Counted from the stretch's first letter, positions 8,993 through 19,259 are shown. The stretch is 64,000 bases of DNA from Gemmatales bacterium (GCA_046350055.1 JAXMBC010000001.1:248244-312243), one strand, 5' to 3'. Notes: a model not told the origin generated them from the sequence alone. Numbers and translations: made by a program.

Positions 8993-11419
8993 TTATCCCC
9001 TGTTCAACCGTTCCAGTGCCTGGGTGACTTCGTACTTCTGCGGATGGTCGTACATGTTGGCACTCTGATAGTGCCTCTTTGCTGCGGCCCGGTCGCCCAG
9101 TCCTTCGGCTGCCTGGCCCATTTTGTAGTATGTCTCGGCGCCACTCTTGGTTGACTTGCTGAAGTGCTGGTAGCACTCCAGTGCTTCCGGATATCTGGCC
9201 AGTTGCAGGTAATGATCAGCCATGATGCGGCAGGCCAGGTACCACTGTTCCAGGTCTTCGCCACCCGGCTTGTCGGCTGCACCCAGTTGCACGGCGTATT
9301 CCAGGGCTTTCACGCCATTGTCAGTCTGGCCCAGCCGGAGGAAGCAGCGACCGATGAGAGCCCAGCCTGCTACCCGCTCCGGTACCGCCACCGTCAGTAA
9401 TTCGGCCAGGTGTCTGGCCCACTCCAATTGCTCCACACCGGCATTCTTGATCTCGAGAAGCTCCTTGCTCTTCTTGATGAGATAGTTAGCATCGATGAGC
9501 TTGCCGAGTTTTTCCGCATGCGTGGTCACATCGGCAGGTGTCAGGGAGACATACAACCGTTCGCGACGTTCCAGATATTGCGGGTTCTTGCCATCATACA
9601 TCAGGCATTGCTCGTTGTAATGCATCGTCTGCACGACGTTGCCCTGCATCTCGTAGAGTTCTGCCAGCATGCGCAGCGTATCCACACCGCTCTCTGCAGC
9701 TTCGCTGGCCAGGAGAAGATTGTCGATAGCCACCTGGGGCGACTGCCTGCCCGCCTTGGCATCCTGATAGGCTGCTTCGCCCAGTTGCTTGACAGTAGAG
9801 TAATACGCAGCCTGGCTCTCCTTACTCATTTCCTTGACGGCCAGGAGGCTTGTCCAGACTTTCACTTCGTTCAGGGCCTGGCTGGTCAGCTTGAGATTGC
9901 CATGTTTGCGAGCCGCATCGGCTGCCAGTTTCCACACGGCAGCGGCATGTTTGGGTTGCCCGCGCACGGCGATGGCCAGTAGCTCAATACCCCGTTCATA
10001 GGTGGCTGGATCATCCAGCAGTTCCAGCCCGCGATCATAGACGAAGCGATGGTCAAATGCACTGGCCTGCTGGGTCAGGCTCTCACCTGCTTCGCGGTTG
10101 TACTCAGCCAGAGTCACGCCGTCATAGAGTCGAAGCTTGAGGGGCTGCAACTCTTCACGAGGCATCTCTCCCGTGGCACTCTCTACGGCAGCAATGGCGT
10201 TCATCCGCTGCCCGGATTGCAGCAGCGGTTCACCGACGCGCTTCTTCATCTCCTGGTGCTGCAGCAAGGCCAGTTGCCAGGCAGGGATGATAACCCGCTG
10301 GCGACTGGCCTGTTCATCAGGACTGAACTCACGGGCATCGAGCAATTGCCTGAGCGTCTGCTCTGCCTTGTCAAAGTCCCTGGCATGGGTGTAGGCCACG
10401 GCCCGGTAGTACATCACCGCGGGGCGCAGTGCGGGACGCTGATCGATTACCAGATCAAGCAGTTGCTTGGCTTCACCAATCTGATCAGCGGTGATTCCCT
10501 CGCTGAACAGGATGTCCCGGGCCCGCTGCAGACACATTTCAAAGTCGATGAGCTTCAGCAGCCGTTCATCCTGATGCACCTGGTGCAGGTCAATCTGGCG
10601 ATGAACCTTCCACAATTCCTGGCGGGCGGAGTGATGTTGCGGCGAGAAGTGCAACGCACGGCGGAAACTTGTCAGCGCCTCTGCTGTAGCACCCTGACGG
10701 GCATGGCCCATGCCACGCAGCAGGGCCTTGAAGGCCTGCATATCACGCAGCAGGTACTGCGTGTACCCCACGTAAATAACCAGTGGTATCAGCATGGCCA
10801 TCAGTTGAAATGCCGGCCCGAGCATGACCCACAGGGAAATACCCAGCAGCACGCATACCAGGCCGATCTCGATCTCGGTTTCTTCCGTTTGGCCGGCAAG
10901 GGTCAGCAGGTAGAGGACCGGAATGGCGAGCAACAGATGCAGGCCCAGGAGTGACGGATTCACGACCTGTACATTGTCGCGGAAGACGTAGAAGATGCAG
11001 AGGGCGACTGCTGCTGCCCCGAGCGCCAGGACCATCATGCGGCGGAGTTTTTTCTCAGCAATCAGACGCAACCCGATGAGAGCCACTCCCGTGGCCAGGC
11101 CCAGCCCCAGGGCCAGCAACAGGTCTTTCACTGTCCATGTCTGCAGGGCGAATGTAACCAGCAGCGAACCTGTGAGCAGGCCTGCCAGTACGCCGACAAA
11201 GTGGAAGGTCGGATACTCCAGCAACAGGTAGACGAGGTAGCTCAGCGAGAGCGAGGCAGGTTTCCCCGTAGCAGCCTTGCGATGAGCCAGCAGCATCGAA
11301 GCAGCCAGCCCGGCTAGCATGAGCCCGTAGACGAGTAAGGTGGCCAGAGGCTGCCCCTGCCATCCGAGATAACCCAGGATGCCAAGCGTCAGGCCTTTGG
11401 TGAGATATTCGAAGATCAT
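8993..11419 (-). CDS. multi-pass membrane protein with a large TPR-like repeat domain
   Basis: 808 aa. The N-terminal ~230 aa hold several hydrophobic helices. The remainder is alpha-helical and repeat-rich, with A/Y/L TPR-like spacing. Confidence 0.7.
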   Translation of the reverse strand: MIFEYLTKGLTLGILGYLGWQGQPLATLLVYGLMLAGLAASMLLAHRKAATGKPASLSLSYLVYLLLEYPTFHFVGVLAGLLTGSLLVTFALQTWTVKDLLLALGLGLATGVALIGLRLIAEKKLRRMMVLALGAAAVALCIFYVFRDNVQVVNPSLLGLHLLLAIPVLYLLTLAGQTEETEIEIGLVCVLLGISLWVMLGPAFQLMAMLIPLVIYVGYTQYLLRDMQAFKALLRGMGHARQGATAEALTSFRRALHFSPQHHSARQELWKVHRQIDLHQVHQDERLLKLIDFEMCLQRARDILFSEGITADQIGEAKQLLDLVIDQRPALRPAVMYYRAVAYTHARDFDKAEQTLRQLLDAREFSPDEQASRQRVIIPAWQLALLQHQEMKKRVGEPLLQSGQRMNAIAAVESATGEMPREELQPLKLRLYDGVTLAEYNREAGESLTQQASAFDHRFVYDRGLELLDDPATYERGIELLAIAVRGQPKHAAAVWKLAADAARKHGNLKLTSQALNEVKVWTSLLAVKEMSKESQAAYYSTVKQLGEAAYQDAKAGRQSPQVAIDNLLLASEAAESGVDTLRMLAELYEMQGNVVQTMHYNEQCLMYDGKNPQYLERRERLYVSLTPADVTTHAEKLGKLIDANYLIKKSKELLEIKNAGVEQLEWARHLAELLTVAVPERVAGWALIGRCFLRLGQTDNGVKALEYAVQLGAADKPGGEDLEQWYLACRIMADHYLQLARYPEALECYQHFSKSTKSGAETYYKMGQAAEGLGDRAAAKRHYQSANMYDHPQKYEVTQALERLNRG

Positions 11420-11499
11420 GCGTTTATGATATGGCCAGGGTGGCCCGCTTACTGGTCAATTTCGCCCCATCTTCCGCTCATGAGCAACACTGCTCGTCG

Positions 11500-12042
11500 T
11501 CACGCGTGTACATCTTCCACCCATTCACAACGCAGTTTGCTGCGGATCAATTCCTGCAGGCCATCAGGCATATTCACCACTTCCAACAAGTGGTACTGCA
11601 TCTTCCAACTGCGATGCACCAGCAGCCAGAACTCATGACCACACACCACATGATCGTAGGCACCCCAGCCAAAGCGGGAAACGACTTCTTCCAGCTCGAT
11701 GAGAACGTGTTCTTCGCGAAAGGTGAAGTGGATGGTGAGCGTAGGCAGGGTCTTCTCCTGCTGCTTGAGCTTGAGAAGCAACAAGCCAACCAGACCGAAG
11801 ACACCCACCACCATGCCGATGAGAAAGAACAGGAGATTGTCGTCAAACTGGAGCCAGCCCGGAAAGAGTTCCATGGAGACATAGAGGGCTGCGAAGACAG
11901 CGACGGTGATGAGAAACACCACCACCTTGCCTTTCGATGATTGCCAGAAAGCCGACTGCTTCTGCGATTCCAATGTCATCAAACGATTGGCAGCAAGAAT
12001 GGCCCGTGGCGTGATGGCGACGGTCGTAGAGTACTCAATCAT
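11500..12042 (-). CDS. YcxB-like small membrane protein (tentative)
   Basis: 180 aa with two adjacent TM helices (VVVFLITVAVFAALYV and LLFFLIGMVVGVFGLVGLLLL) followed by a ~70-aa soluble domain. The opposite-strand ORF 11431..11940 looks like an antisense artefact. Confidence 0.5.
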   Translation of the reverse strand: MIEYSTTVAITPRAILAANRLMTLESQKQSAFWQSSKGKVVVFLITVAVFAALYVSMELFPGWLQFDDNLLFFLIGMVVGVFGLVGLLLLKLKQQEKTLPTLTIHFTFREEHVLIELEEVVSRFGWGAYDHVVCGHEFWLLVHRSWKMQYHLLEVVNMPDGLQELIRSKLRCEWVEDVHA

Positions 12043-12130
12043 GTTGCACGTTCGCCTTGGTAATACGACACAGCATCAGCCACGAGAGTATTGTAATGAC
12101 CAGCGTGCCTGCTGCCCCGAGGGCGGCACT

Positions 12131-13822
12131 TCAAGCAACACCTCGCCGGGCCCGGCGGGTGAGGTGCAGCCAGAAGGCGATAGCGACGAGCAAGGCGGCG
12201 ATGCGGGACCACCAGGGGGAGTAAATAACAACAGGTAAGGCATAGCAGTTGAACGACTGCAACTCGATGTCTTCTGGCCGGAAAGCACCTCGAATAGATA
12301 AGGTGTAGAAATGCTTGAAAATATTACTTCCCGAATCCGTGTTCAGAGCAAACTGAGACCCCCAGCGAGCCACAATCCGCTGTTGTGGCAAATCGTACAC
12401 CACCGTTTCATAACGGATAGTCTGCCAAAGCCATTCAACCAGGTTTTGCAGCCAGCGATGTTTCTCTGCCCAGCCACGCACAATCTTTTCCCATTCATCC
12501 TCCAGGACTCTGACTGCCACGACTTGACTGGCAGTAGCTTCATACCCCATCCGGTTTTCCGACATGAGTTCTGCAGCGGAATACTTGAGTTGAAACTGCT
12601 CGCCTTTCTGCTGAAGTACCACGAACGACTTACGCAGAGCCGACGACCCGTCTGCGTTGCGATTACCAATCAATTCTCCTTGCTGATACTGCCAGGTCCA
12701 ATCGGCATGGGGCCAATCGTCTGGCCACCGCAATGGCTGGAGTACTCCTTCATTCCAATAGTAAATCCGTTGCACTTTTGTTGCAATTGCTGACAGATCA
12801 GGTGATTTCACCATTAACTTGAGGAGTTGATCTGCTGGTTGCGGCTGCATGTCTCGCAACTTCCAACCGGAGGCAATGAGAAAGGGCCCTACCCAGAGTA
12901 TTTCTGTTGCCTGATAATCGGTGTTCTGTTGGGTCAAAACGGTTTTACCAGTATGCGCATTACACATGACAGTCTGGCTCGATTTTATATGCAACCATTC
13001 TTCCAGCATTGCTACATCGACTAACGCTTTGTCGCGTGAAACCAATTTCGATAGCAGTTCCGCTTTAGACCACAGATTCACCTTCAGCGCTACAGTCCAC
13101 TTGCCATCATCCGAAAGCATTGGTGGACTCGTACATAGCGGCATCGTCTGCCAGGTGGCAAGCAGTTGGGGTTTCGTCTGCCCCTGGGTTGGCAACTGCC
13201 AGGTCTGGGTGATCCTGTAGGGGCTTTCCTTCTCCTGCATATCCATGAGCATGACATGCCAGTCGTATTGCACCATCAGCCAGGAGAACCAATTGGGATG
13301 TGAGCAATAAAAGAGTGCTCGCCAGGGCCACGAGCCGTGGAGTAGTATCGTCGTCGAGCCGAGCGGCCAATCGACTTGCATATTCCAGGATAATTTCCAC
13401 GACTGCAGGATTTCTTCCTGGGCAGTTCCGTCAGGATTCCAGCGAACCAACGACTTTGTTACGCCATCGTCGTCTTTGTGATTCGACTCCAGTCGGTAGA
13501 AATGGCCCTGATGTCGCCTTGGAATCATCAAGTTACTGCTGCCTGCAAAGTTTGTCTTCACGTTGAGGTGATGCAATTTCTGCCCGGTGCGTAGATCGAG
13601 GAGCACCAGAGATTGATCATCGCCCAATTGCAAATTCGCTTCCCGATAGACAAGCAGTTGATGCTGGCCGGGGTACTCTTGCAATGGGATCAGGGTTTCC
13701 TTGGCCTGTAACTTTACACGCCACAACGGCTTCGGTTCAAGCCACCATGCGACCAGCCACCATACCAGGCCGCCGAGGAGCAGGCACCAGAACGCACGCC
13801 AGAGGGGGTGTCGGCGCTTCAT
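12131..13822 (-). CDS. double-anchored Trp-rich protein, paralog B (unknown family)
   Basis: The start MKRRHPLWRAFWCLLLGGLVWWLVAW at ATG 13822 overlaps the stop of paralog A (ATGA). The C-terminus is YSPWWSRIAALLVAIAFWLHLTRRARRGVA. Both termini are conserved with the upstream gene. Confidence 0.75.
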   Translation of the reverse strand: MKRRHPLWRAFWCLLLGGLVWWLVAWWLEPKPLWRVKLQAKETLIPLQEYPGQHQLLVYREANLQLGDDQSLVLLDLRTGQKLHHLNVKTNFAGSSNLMIPRRHQGHFYRLESNHKDDDGVTKSLVRWNPDGTAQEEILQSWKLSWNMQVDWPLGSTTILLHGSWPWRALFYCSHPNWFSWLMVQYDWHVMLMDMQEKESPYRITQTWQLPTQGQTKPQLLATWQTMPLCTSPPMLSDDGKWTVALKVNLWSKAELLSKLVSRDKALVDVAMLEEWLHIKSSQTVMCNAHTGKTVLTQQNTDYQATEILWVGPFLIASGWKLRDMQPQPADQLLKLMVKSPDLSAIATKVQRIYYWNEGVLQPLRWPDDWPHADWTWQYQQGELIGNRNADGSSALRKSFVVLQQKGEQFQLKYSAAELMSENRMGYEATASQVVAVRVLEDEWEKIVRGWAEKHRWLQNLVEWLWQTIRYETVVYDLPQQRIVARWGSQFALNTDSGSNIFKHFYTLSIRGAFRPEDIELQSFNCYALPVVIYSPWWSRIAALLVAIAFWLHLTRRARRGVA

Positions 13823-15495
13823 GCGACACCCCGGCGGGCGTGGCGGGTGAGGAGCAGCCAGAACATCAGGGCGGTGAGGAGCCCGGTGAGGCGAGACCAC
13901 CAGGGGGAGTAGATACGCAGGGGGAGGGAGTAGCAGTGGAGCGACATGGAATCTACCTGCTCGCCATCCATCCGATAGGAGTGGGTATAAAGTGATGACA
14001 ATGCATGAGTGAATTGCCTGCTGCGCATCATCACCTGCTTGCTCAGGCGATGTGGTGGATGCTTGTCGTTCACGCTATAGATCATGGTATCCTGCCATTG
14101 CAAGGGCCTGATCCAGTCTAGTAGTTTCTTGAGCCAGTTTCGCTGATCTGCCCATCGTTGTAAATCGACTGCATAGGGAACACGGTTCTCCTGATTGACG
14201 ATCAGTTGTGTGCCCGAGGGTTCGGTCACCACGTTCCATTCCGCGCCTGGCAATCTGCTCGGTGTCAACGCGTTGACCGTCGACGCACTGGTGATTGCCA
14301 TCCAATGAATCGTTTGCGGTTTCTGTTCCCTGTCAAGCAGGCTGGCGGACAGTCGTCCATGGCTGTATTCGAAATGCCAATCATTCCATGCTCGCTCATC
14401 TGGCAAAGGCACCGGTTCAAGCGCATGGCCATTCCAGCGATGGATCATCAGCCGTGGAGGCCAGAGCTCATCGCGCGACTTGTTTCGTTGCAACTCCAGT
14501 TCCGAGATGCTTATGGAATGACTCGACCACCATTCGCGGAAGTGAGTGATGAGGTACGGACCGGCCCAGTATGCCCGTTGGTAACTGCCCTTCTCAAGAG
14601 TCGGTAGTTCCGCCATAACCGCACCAGTGGCAACATCCGTGATCTGTATGCAATTGCTCTTACCCAGATAACAATACGCGATTTCAACTGGAGTAAGCGT
14701 CGGCTTACCAAGTGCCCGGGCGCGGCTGAGCGGGGCAGTTTGCCTTAAGCCATGCATAACCAGATGGACCTGCAACGACCGTCCCTCCACGCTGGTGTAG
14801 CGAGTGAACTCGCGATCAAGCATGCAGCGCCAGGTATGAAGCTTATCCGGAGCCTCGCCGGCATATCGTGACAGACGGTAACTTTCTGCAACTCGAAATT
14901 GCCAAAGCTCATCTATCTGAATTGCAAGTGAGCCAAGCAACATAAGCCCATAGTGTTGCCTGGTGAACATGAGTGGTATCCAGTTCCATCGCAACTCATG
15001 TTCGACAGTGAAGACATCGCTACCCAACCGCCAATCCACGTATGTCTGCCAGGGCCAGTTGTTTTCCCAACGGGCGACCACCTTGGCTTTCTGGTCTTGC
15101 TGAAAGTCCCAACGCATTAATTGCCAACTACCCCTGATCAGATTGTCATCACGGGTTAGCCACCATACGGCGCCATGGAAGTAGCGTGGTAAACGTTCTT
15201 CTCCGCCAACACCCACCATGGGTTGTTGAAGTGGAATCGACTTCCGCACCTGGCCGTTGCTACTGTCTAGCAATTGCATTGAGAATGGACCGTATGGCCC
15301 CGCGGCCAGTTCAGTGCCATTCATCACGACCAGATCTTGCTCCGGCCATTCCACCAGCGGCATCATCATCATCTTGCCAGTTTGCACACTCCATCGTGGC
15401 CGCGGCTCCAAACCCCACGCGACCAGCCACCATGCCAAGCCGCCGAGGAGCAGACACCAGAACCCACGCCACACTGGCCTGCGGCGACGACGCAT
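13819..15495 (-). CDS. double-anchored Trp-rich protein, paralog A (unknown family)
   Basis: 558 aa. N-terminus MRRRRRPVWRGFWCLLLGGLAWWLVAW and C-terminus YSPWWSRLTGLLTALMFWLLLTRHARRGVA. Starts 4 nt after the acpS stop. Confidence 0.75.
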   Translation of the reverse strand: MRRRRRPVWRGFWCLLLGGLAWWLVAWGLEPRPRWSVQTGKMMMMPLVEWPEQDLVVMNGTELAAGPYGPFSMQLLDSSNGQVRKSIPLQQPMVGVGGEERLPRYFHGAVWWLTRDDNLIRGSWQLMRWDFQQDQKAKVVARWENNWPWQTYVDWRLGSDVFTVEHELRWNWIPLMFTRQHYGLMLLGSLAIQIDELWQFRVAESYRLSRYAGEAPDKLHTWRCMLDREFTRYTSVEGRSLQVHLVMHGLRQTAPLSRARALGKPTLTPVEIAYCYLGKSNCIQITDVATGAVMAELPTLEKGSYQRAYWAGPYLITHFREWWSSHSISISELELQRNKSRDELWPPRLMIHRWNGHALEPVPLPDERAWNDWHFEYSHGRLSASLLDREQKPQTIHWMAITSASTVNALTPSRLPGAEWNVVTEPSGTQLIVNQENRVPYAVDLQRWADQRNWLKKLLDWIRPLQWQDTMIYSVNDKHPPHRLSKQVMMRSRQFTHALSSLYTHSYRMDGEQVDSMSLHCYSLPLRIYSPWWSRLTGLLTALMFWLLLTRHARRGVA

Positions 15496-15498
15496 CGG

Positions 15499-15882
15499 TT
15501 ACTCCCCTACCGCAATGGCGGTCGCGGTCGCGTACTCGCGACAGTGGGAGAGGCTCAGCAGGATGTTGCTGATCCGTTTCTCGATCAGGAAGTCCTTGCT
15601 TGTCCCAGCGACGTGGACCACCGGTTTGCCGAAGTCATCGCGGCGAATCTCAAAGTCGGTCCACTGGATCTGCCCGCGCCAGCCGGTGCCCAGGGCCTTG
15701 AAGATGGCTTCCTTGGCGGCCCAGCGCCCGGCAAAGTGTTCCGTCGCCCGGGCCTTGCCGTGGCAGTATTCAATCTCGTGTGGGGTAAAGATGCGGTGCA
15801 GGAAGTGGTCGCCGTGTTTGGCGATCACCCGGGCGATGCGGGTGCATTCGATGATGTCAGTGCCGAGGCCGTAAATGGTCAT
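15499..15882 (-). CDS. acpS: holo-[acyl-carrier-protein] synthase
   Basis: 127 aa. IYGLGTDIIECTRI near the N-terminus and FAGRWAAKEAIFKALG are canonical AcpS (4'-phosphopantetheinyl transferase) motifs. Confidence 0.9.
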   Translation of the reverse strand: MTIYGLGTDIIECTRIARVIAKHGDHFLHRIFTPHEIEYCHGKARATEHFAGRWAAKEAIFKALGTGWRGQIQWTDFEIRRDDFGKPVVHVAGTSKDFLIEKRISNILLSLSHCREYATATAIAVGE

Positions 15883-16035
15883 AGGGAGATTGTAACATCT
15901 GGTTCATACCGTTACCAAGGGAGAGTTCGAGGAGCAACATTCCATGCTCATCGCAAGATCGCTAGCATTTGCATCGTGCTACCCCTCCCAACCTCCCCTT
16001 GGAAAGGGGAGGAGTGGCATCTGCATTACACAATG

Positions 16036-16932
16036 TCACACGGAGGTGCTCAATAACCCCGCTTCTTGTAGTGCTGCCCGCATTTGTTCGAGCTTCGCGT
16101 CTGCGAGCGGGGCGATGGGGCCGCGGCTGGGACCGAGGTCGATGCCGAGCAGACGCATGGCAGCTTTGGGACCACCGGGGGCGGTGGCAAGCATCAGGCT
16201 CAGACGCACGGGATGGAGTCGATGCTGGGCCGCCAGTGCACGTGTGGCATCGCCTTGCTGAAAAGCTTCGTATATTTCCACGCACAACTGCGGTGCGACG
16301 TTGGCTGAGGCGGCGACAGCTCCCTTCGCGCCGCAGACCAGGCTCGGGTAGATGATCGTATCCCGTCCCTGGAAGACGCTCACATGGCTGGGCACCACGC
16401 GGACATAGTCGATCATGTTCTGCAGGTCGCCACTCGAATCCTTGATGGCCACGATGTTGGCACAGGTATTCACCAGGCGGCCCACTGTTTCCGGGTTGAT
16501 CTTCACTCCCCCAGCCGGGCCGGGGTTGTTGTAGAGCATCACGGGCAGCCTGGTGCTCTCGGCTACCCGACGGTAGTGAGTGAACAACTCGTCCTGCGTC
16601 GGTTGCACGTAATAGGGCGTGATGACTGAGACACCGTCTGCACCTTCGCGCTCGGCCATGGCTGTCAGGCGGATCACCTCGCGAGTCGATTCGGCCCCGG
16701 TGCCGATGATCACCGGCAGCCTGCCCGCGACATGGGCCACAGCGGTGCTGACGATCTGCTGTTTCTCTGCTTCGTCGAAGGCATAGAACTCGCTGTTGGT
16801 GCCGAGCACGAAGAGGGCATGGACCCGGGCTGCGATCAGGTGATCGAGGAACCACTGGAAGCGCGGAAGATCGAGATCTTCGTTGGCCAGGAGCGGCGTG
16901 ACAACGGGGGGAATGATGCCGTGGAAGTGCAT
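16036..16932 (-). CDS. dapA: 4-hydroxy-tetrahydrodipicolinate synthase / DapA-family aldolase
   Basis: GIIPPVVTPL, GTNSEF, VIIGTG, ITPYY, LYNNP and AIKDSSGD follow the DHDPS/NAL family pattern. ATG 16932 is preferred over the 17034 extension. Confidence 0.8.
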   Translation of the reverse strand: MHFHGIIPPVVTPLLANEDLDLPRFQWFLDHLIAARVHALFVLGTNSEFYAFDEAEKQQIVSTAVAHVAGRLPVIIGTGAESTREVIRLTAMAEREGADGVSVITPYYVQPTQDELFTHYRRVAESTRLPVMLYNNPGPAGGVKINPETVGRLVNTCANIVAIKDSSGDLQNMIDYVRVVPSHVSVFQGRDTIIYPSLVCGAKGAVAASANVAPQLCVEIYEAFQQGDATRALAAQHRLHPVRLSLMLATAPGGPKAAMRLLGIDLGPSRGPIAPLADAKLEQMRAALQEAGLLSTSV

Positions 16933-17048
16933 GGGGGGTGCCAGGGGTTTTAGTGAACCATCAGCAAGAACGTACAGCAGTCGCGTGATTTGCGGCTCGG
17001 CAGGAGCGCCTCCCATCTCGCATGGTCGTAGCAAGACAGGTCATTAAC

Positions 17049-19259
17049 TCACTTCCCCTCGCGCCGCCCTTCCCCGCTTCGGCGGTCGCGGCGTTTGATG
17101 CCAGTAGTGCTGACGGAGCTGCTCGGCATTGTCACCGGGGCCAGGATGCCTGGCTCAGAGGGTATGCGGTTGGCAGCTTCGGCGGCCAGATCGAGGAAAC
17201 GCTGTTGGCTGCGGAGTCGCTTGTTGGCGTCGCCCGTGACCCGCACCCAGGATCCATCAGGGCGTAACTCCCGTGCCTTCACGTTATCCGCCAGCGAGAT
17301 CCCCAGCATTTCATCGATCATCCGTTTCTTCAGTGCAGGATGTTCAATGGGGAAGACCACTTCCACCCGGCGGGACAGGTTGCGATCCATCCAGTCGGCG
17401 GAGCCGATGTAGACTTCGGGCATGCCCCCATTGCCGAAATAGAAGGCGCGGCTGTGTTCGAGGAAGCGATCCACGATAGAACGCACGCGGATGTTTTCGC
17501 TGATGCCCTTGATCCCCGGACGGAGCGAGCAGATACCCCGGCAGATGATATCGATCTGCACGCCTGCCTGGCTCGCGCGGTAGAGCGCCTGCACGATGCT
17601 GGGTTCCAGCAGGCCATTGATCTTGGTGATGATGCGGCCGTTCTTGTGCTTCTTCTGGAACTCGATCTCCTTTTCGATCTTCTGCAACATGAAGGTCAGC
17701 AGCCGAGAGGGGGCGAGAATCAGCTTCCGCCAGGTGGGCACGTTGCTGTAGCCGGTGAGATAATTGAAGAGGGCGGTGGCATCTTCACCGAAATCCTCGT
17801 TGCAGGTAAAGAAACCGAAGTCGGTGTAGAGTCGGGCGGTCTGCGGGTTGTAGTTGCCGGTGCTCAGGTGAACATAGCGGCGCAGGCCGTCTTCTTCCTT
17901 GCGCACCACCAGGGCCACCTTACAGTGAGTCTTCATGTTGATGAAGCCAAAGACAACATGCACACCGGCCTTTTCCAGCTCGCGGGCCCAGAGGATGTTG
18001 CGTTCTTCATCCATGCGTGCCTTGAGTTCCACCAGTACGGTGACCTGTTTGCCATTGTCCGCTGCTTCCTGCAGGGCACGGATGATGGGTGAATCGGCCC
18101 CGGCACGGTAGAGCGTCTGCTTGATAGCCAGCACCTGCTCATCGCGAGCCGCAGCCTGGATAAAATCGAGCACATAGTGGAACGATTCATACGGGTGATG
18201 CACCAGGACATCCCGGGATCGGATGGCAGCCCACATGCTGGGAGCCTGTTCAAACTCAGGCACTTGCCGGGGCACATAACTGGGATCCCGCAGCTGATCG
18301 TAGCCCGGCAAGGCATAGAGTTGATTCAGCCCGGTGAGATCGAGCATGCTCGGCACACGGGTGATGTCCTCCGCTGCCAGGTCGAAGGCATTGATGAGGA
18401 ATTCCACCAGCGGCTGCGAAGCGGTATCCTTCAGATACATATGGACCGCTGCACCGCGGCGTCTCTTGCGCAGCTCTTCTTCCATGGTCTTGAGCAGGTC
18501 TTCGACTTCGTCGTCGATTTCGTATTCACGATTGCGGATGACCTGAAAGGCCGACGAGGCCAGCAGTTCCATGCCGAGAAAGATCTCGGGCAGGTGCATG
18601 CGGATCACCCGTTCGAGTGGCACGAAGCAGTGGCCGCTTCTGCTGGGCAACTGGACAAACCGCTGCAATACCGCCGGCACCTGCACCACCGCAAACAGCG
18701 GTTCACTGATGCCCGGCCGCTTGAGCATGACCGCCAGGTTCAAGGTCTTGTTGGAGAGATGCGGAAAGGGATGCCCCGGATCGATAGCCAGTGGAGTGAG
18801 CACTGGCAGAATCTGCTTGTTAAAGAAGGTGTGAAGATGAGCACGATCTTCACTGGTCAGCTCTTCCACCTGCAGGATCTCGATCCCGGCCTTGGCCAGG
18901 GGCGGCAGGATTTCGTTGTTGAGCAGATGATACTGCTGTGCGGTCAGTTCCTGAACGAGGAGGTTGATACGCTGCAACAGTTCACGGGGTGGAATGCGAT
19001 CGGCAGCGTTGCTGACGTTGATGCCAGCCTGCAGTTTCTGCAGCAATCCACCCACCCGCACCATGAAGAATTCTTCGAGATTGGAGCTGAAGATAGAGAG
19101 AAACTTCAGGCGTTCCAGGAGAGGCACACTGGGATCGGCTGCTTCCTCCAGCACGCGCCGGTTGAACTCGAGCCAGCTCAATTCCCGGTTGATGTACAAC
19201 GAGGGATCATCGAGCCGGGTGACCGGATCAGTGATCAGGGCTTTGGCGTTTTCGCTCAT
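17049..19259 (-). CDS. ppk: polyphosphate kinase 1
   Basis: Starts at ATG 19259 (MSENAKAL). YINRELSWLEFNRRVLEEA, FLSIFSSNLDEFFMVR-like and the C-terminal PLD-like HxK-type regions (MKTHCKVALVV, FLEHSR) are characteristic of PPK1. The 67-aa N-terminal extension in the ORF track is rejected. Confidence 0.93.
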   Translation of the reverse strand: MSENAKALITDPVTRLDDPSLYINRELSWLEFNRRVLEEAADPSVPLLERLKFLSIFSSNLEEFFMVRVGGLLQKLQAGINVSNAADRIPPRELLQRINLLVQELTAQQYHLLNNEILPPLAKAGIEILQVEELTSEDRAHLHTFFNKQILPVLTPLAIDPGHPFPHLSNKTLNLAVMLKRPGISEPLFAVVQVPAVLQRFVQLPSRSGHCFVPLERVIRMHLPEIFLGMELLASSAFQVIRNREYEIDDEVEDLLKTMEEELRKRRRGAAVHMYLKDTASQPLVEFLINAFDLAAEDITRVPSMLDLTGLNQLYALPGYDQLRDPSYVPRQVPEFEQAPSMWAAIRSRDVLVHHPYESFHYVLDFIQAAARDEQVLAIKQTLYRAGADSPIIRALQEAADNGKQVTVLVELKARMDEERNILWARELEKAGVHVVFGFINMKTHCKVALVVRKEEDGLRRYVHLSTGNYNPQTARLYTDFGFFTCNEDFGEDATALFNYLTGYSNVPTWRKLILAPSRLLTFMLQKIEKEIEFQKKHKNGRIITKINGLLEPSIVQALYRASQAGVQIDIICRGICSLRPGIKGISENIRVRSIVDRFLEHSRAFYFGNGGMPEVYIGSADWMDRNLSRRVEVVFPIEHPALKKRMIDEMLGISLADNVKARELRPDGSWVRVTGDANKRLRSQQRFLDLAAEAANRIPSEPGILAPVTMPSSSVSTTGIKRRDRRSGEGRREGK

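Noticed and set aside
11431-11940. 169-aa plus-strand ORF competing with the YcxB-like gene
   Set aside because: His/Gln-rich with no hydrophobic or motif structure. The minus-strand frame gives two clean TM helices and fits the co-directional gene series.
15962-16855. 297-aa ORF in an alternative frame of dapA
   Set aside because: Extremely Arg/Pro/Gly-rich. The dapA frame carries the full DHDPS motif series.
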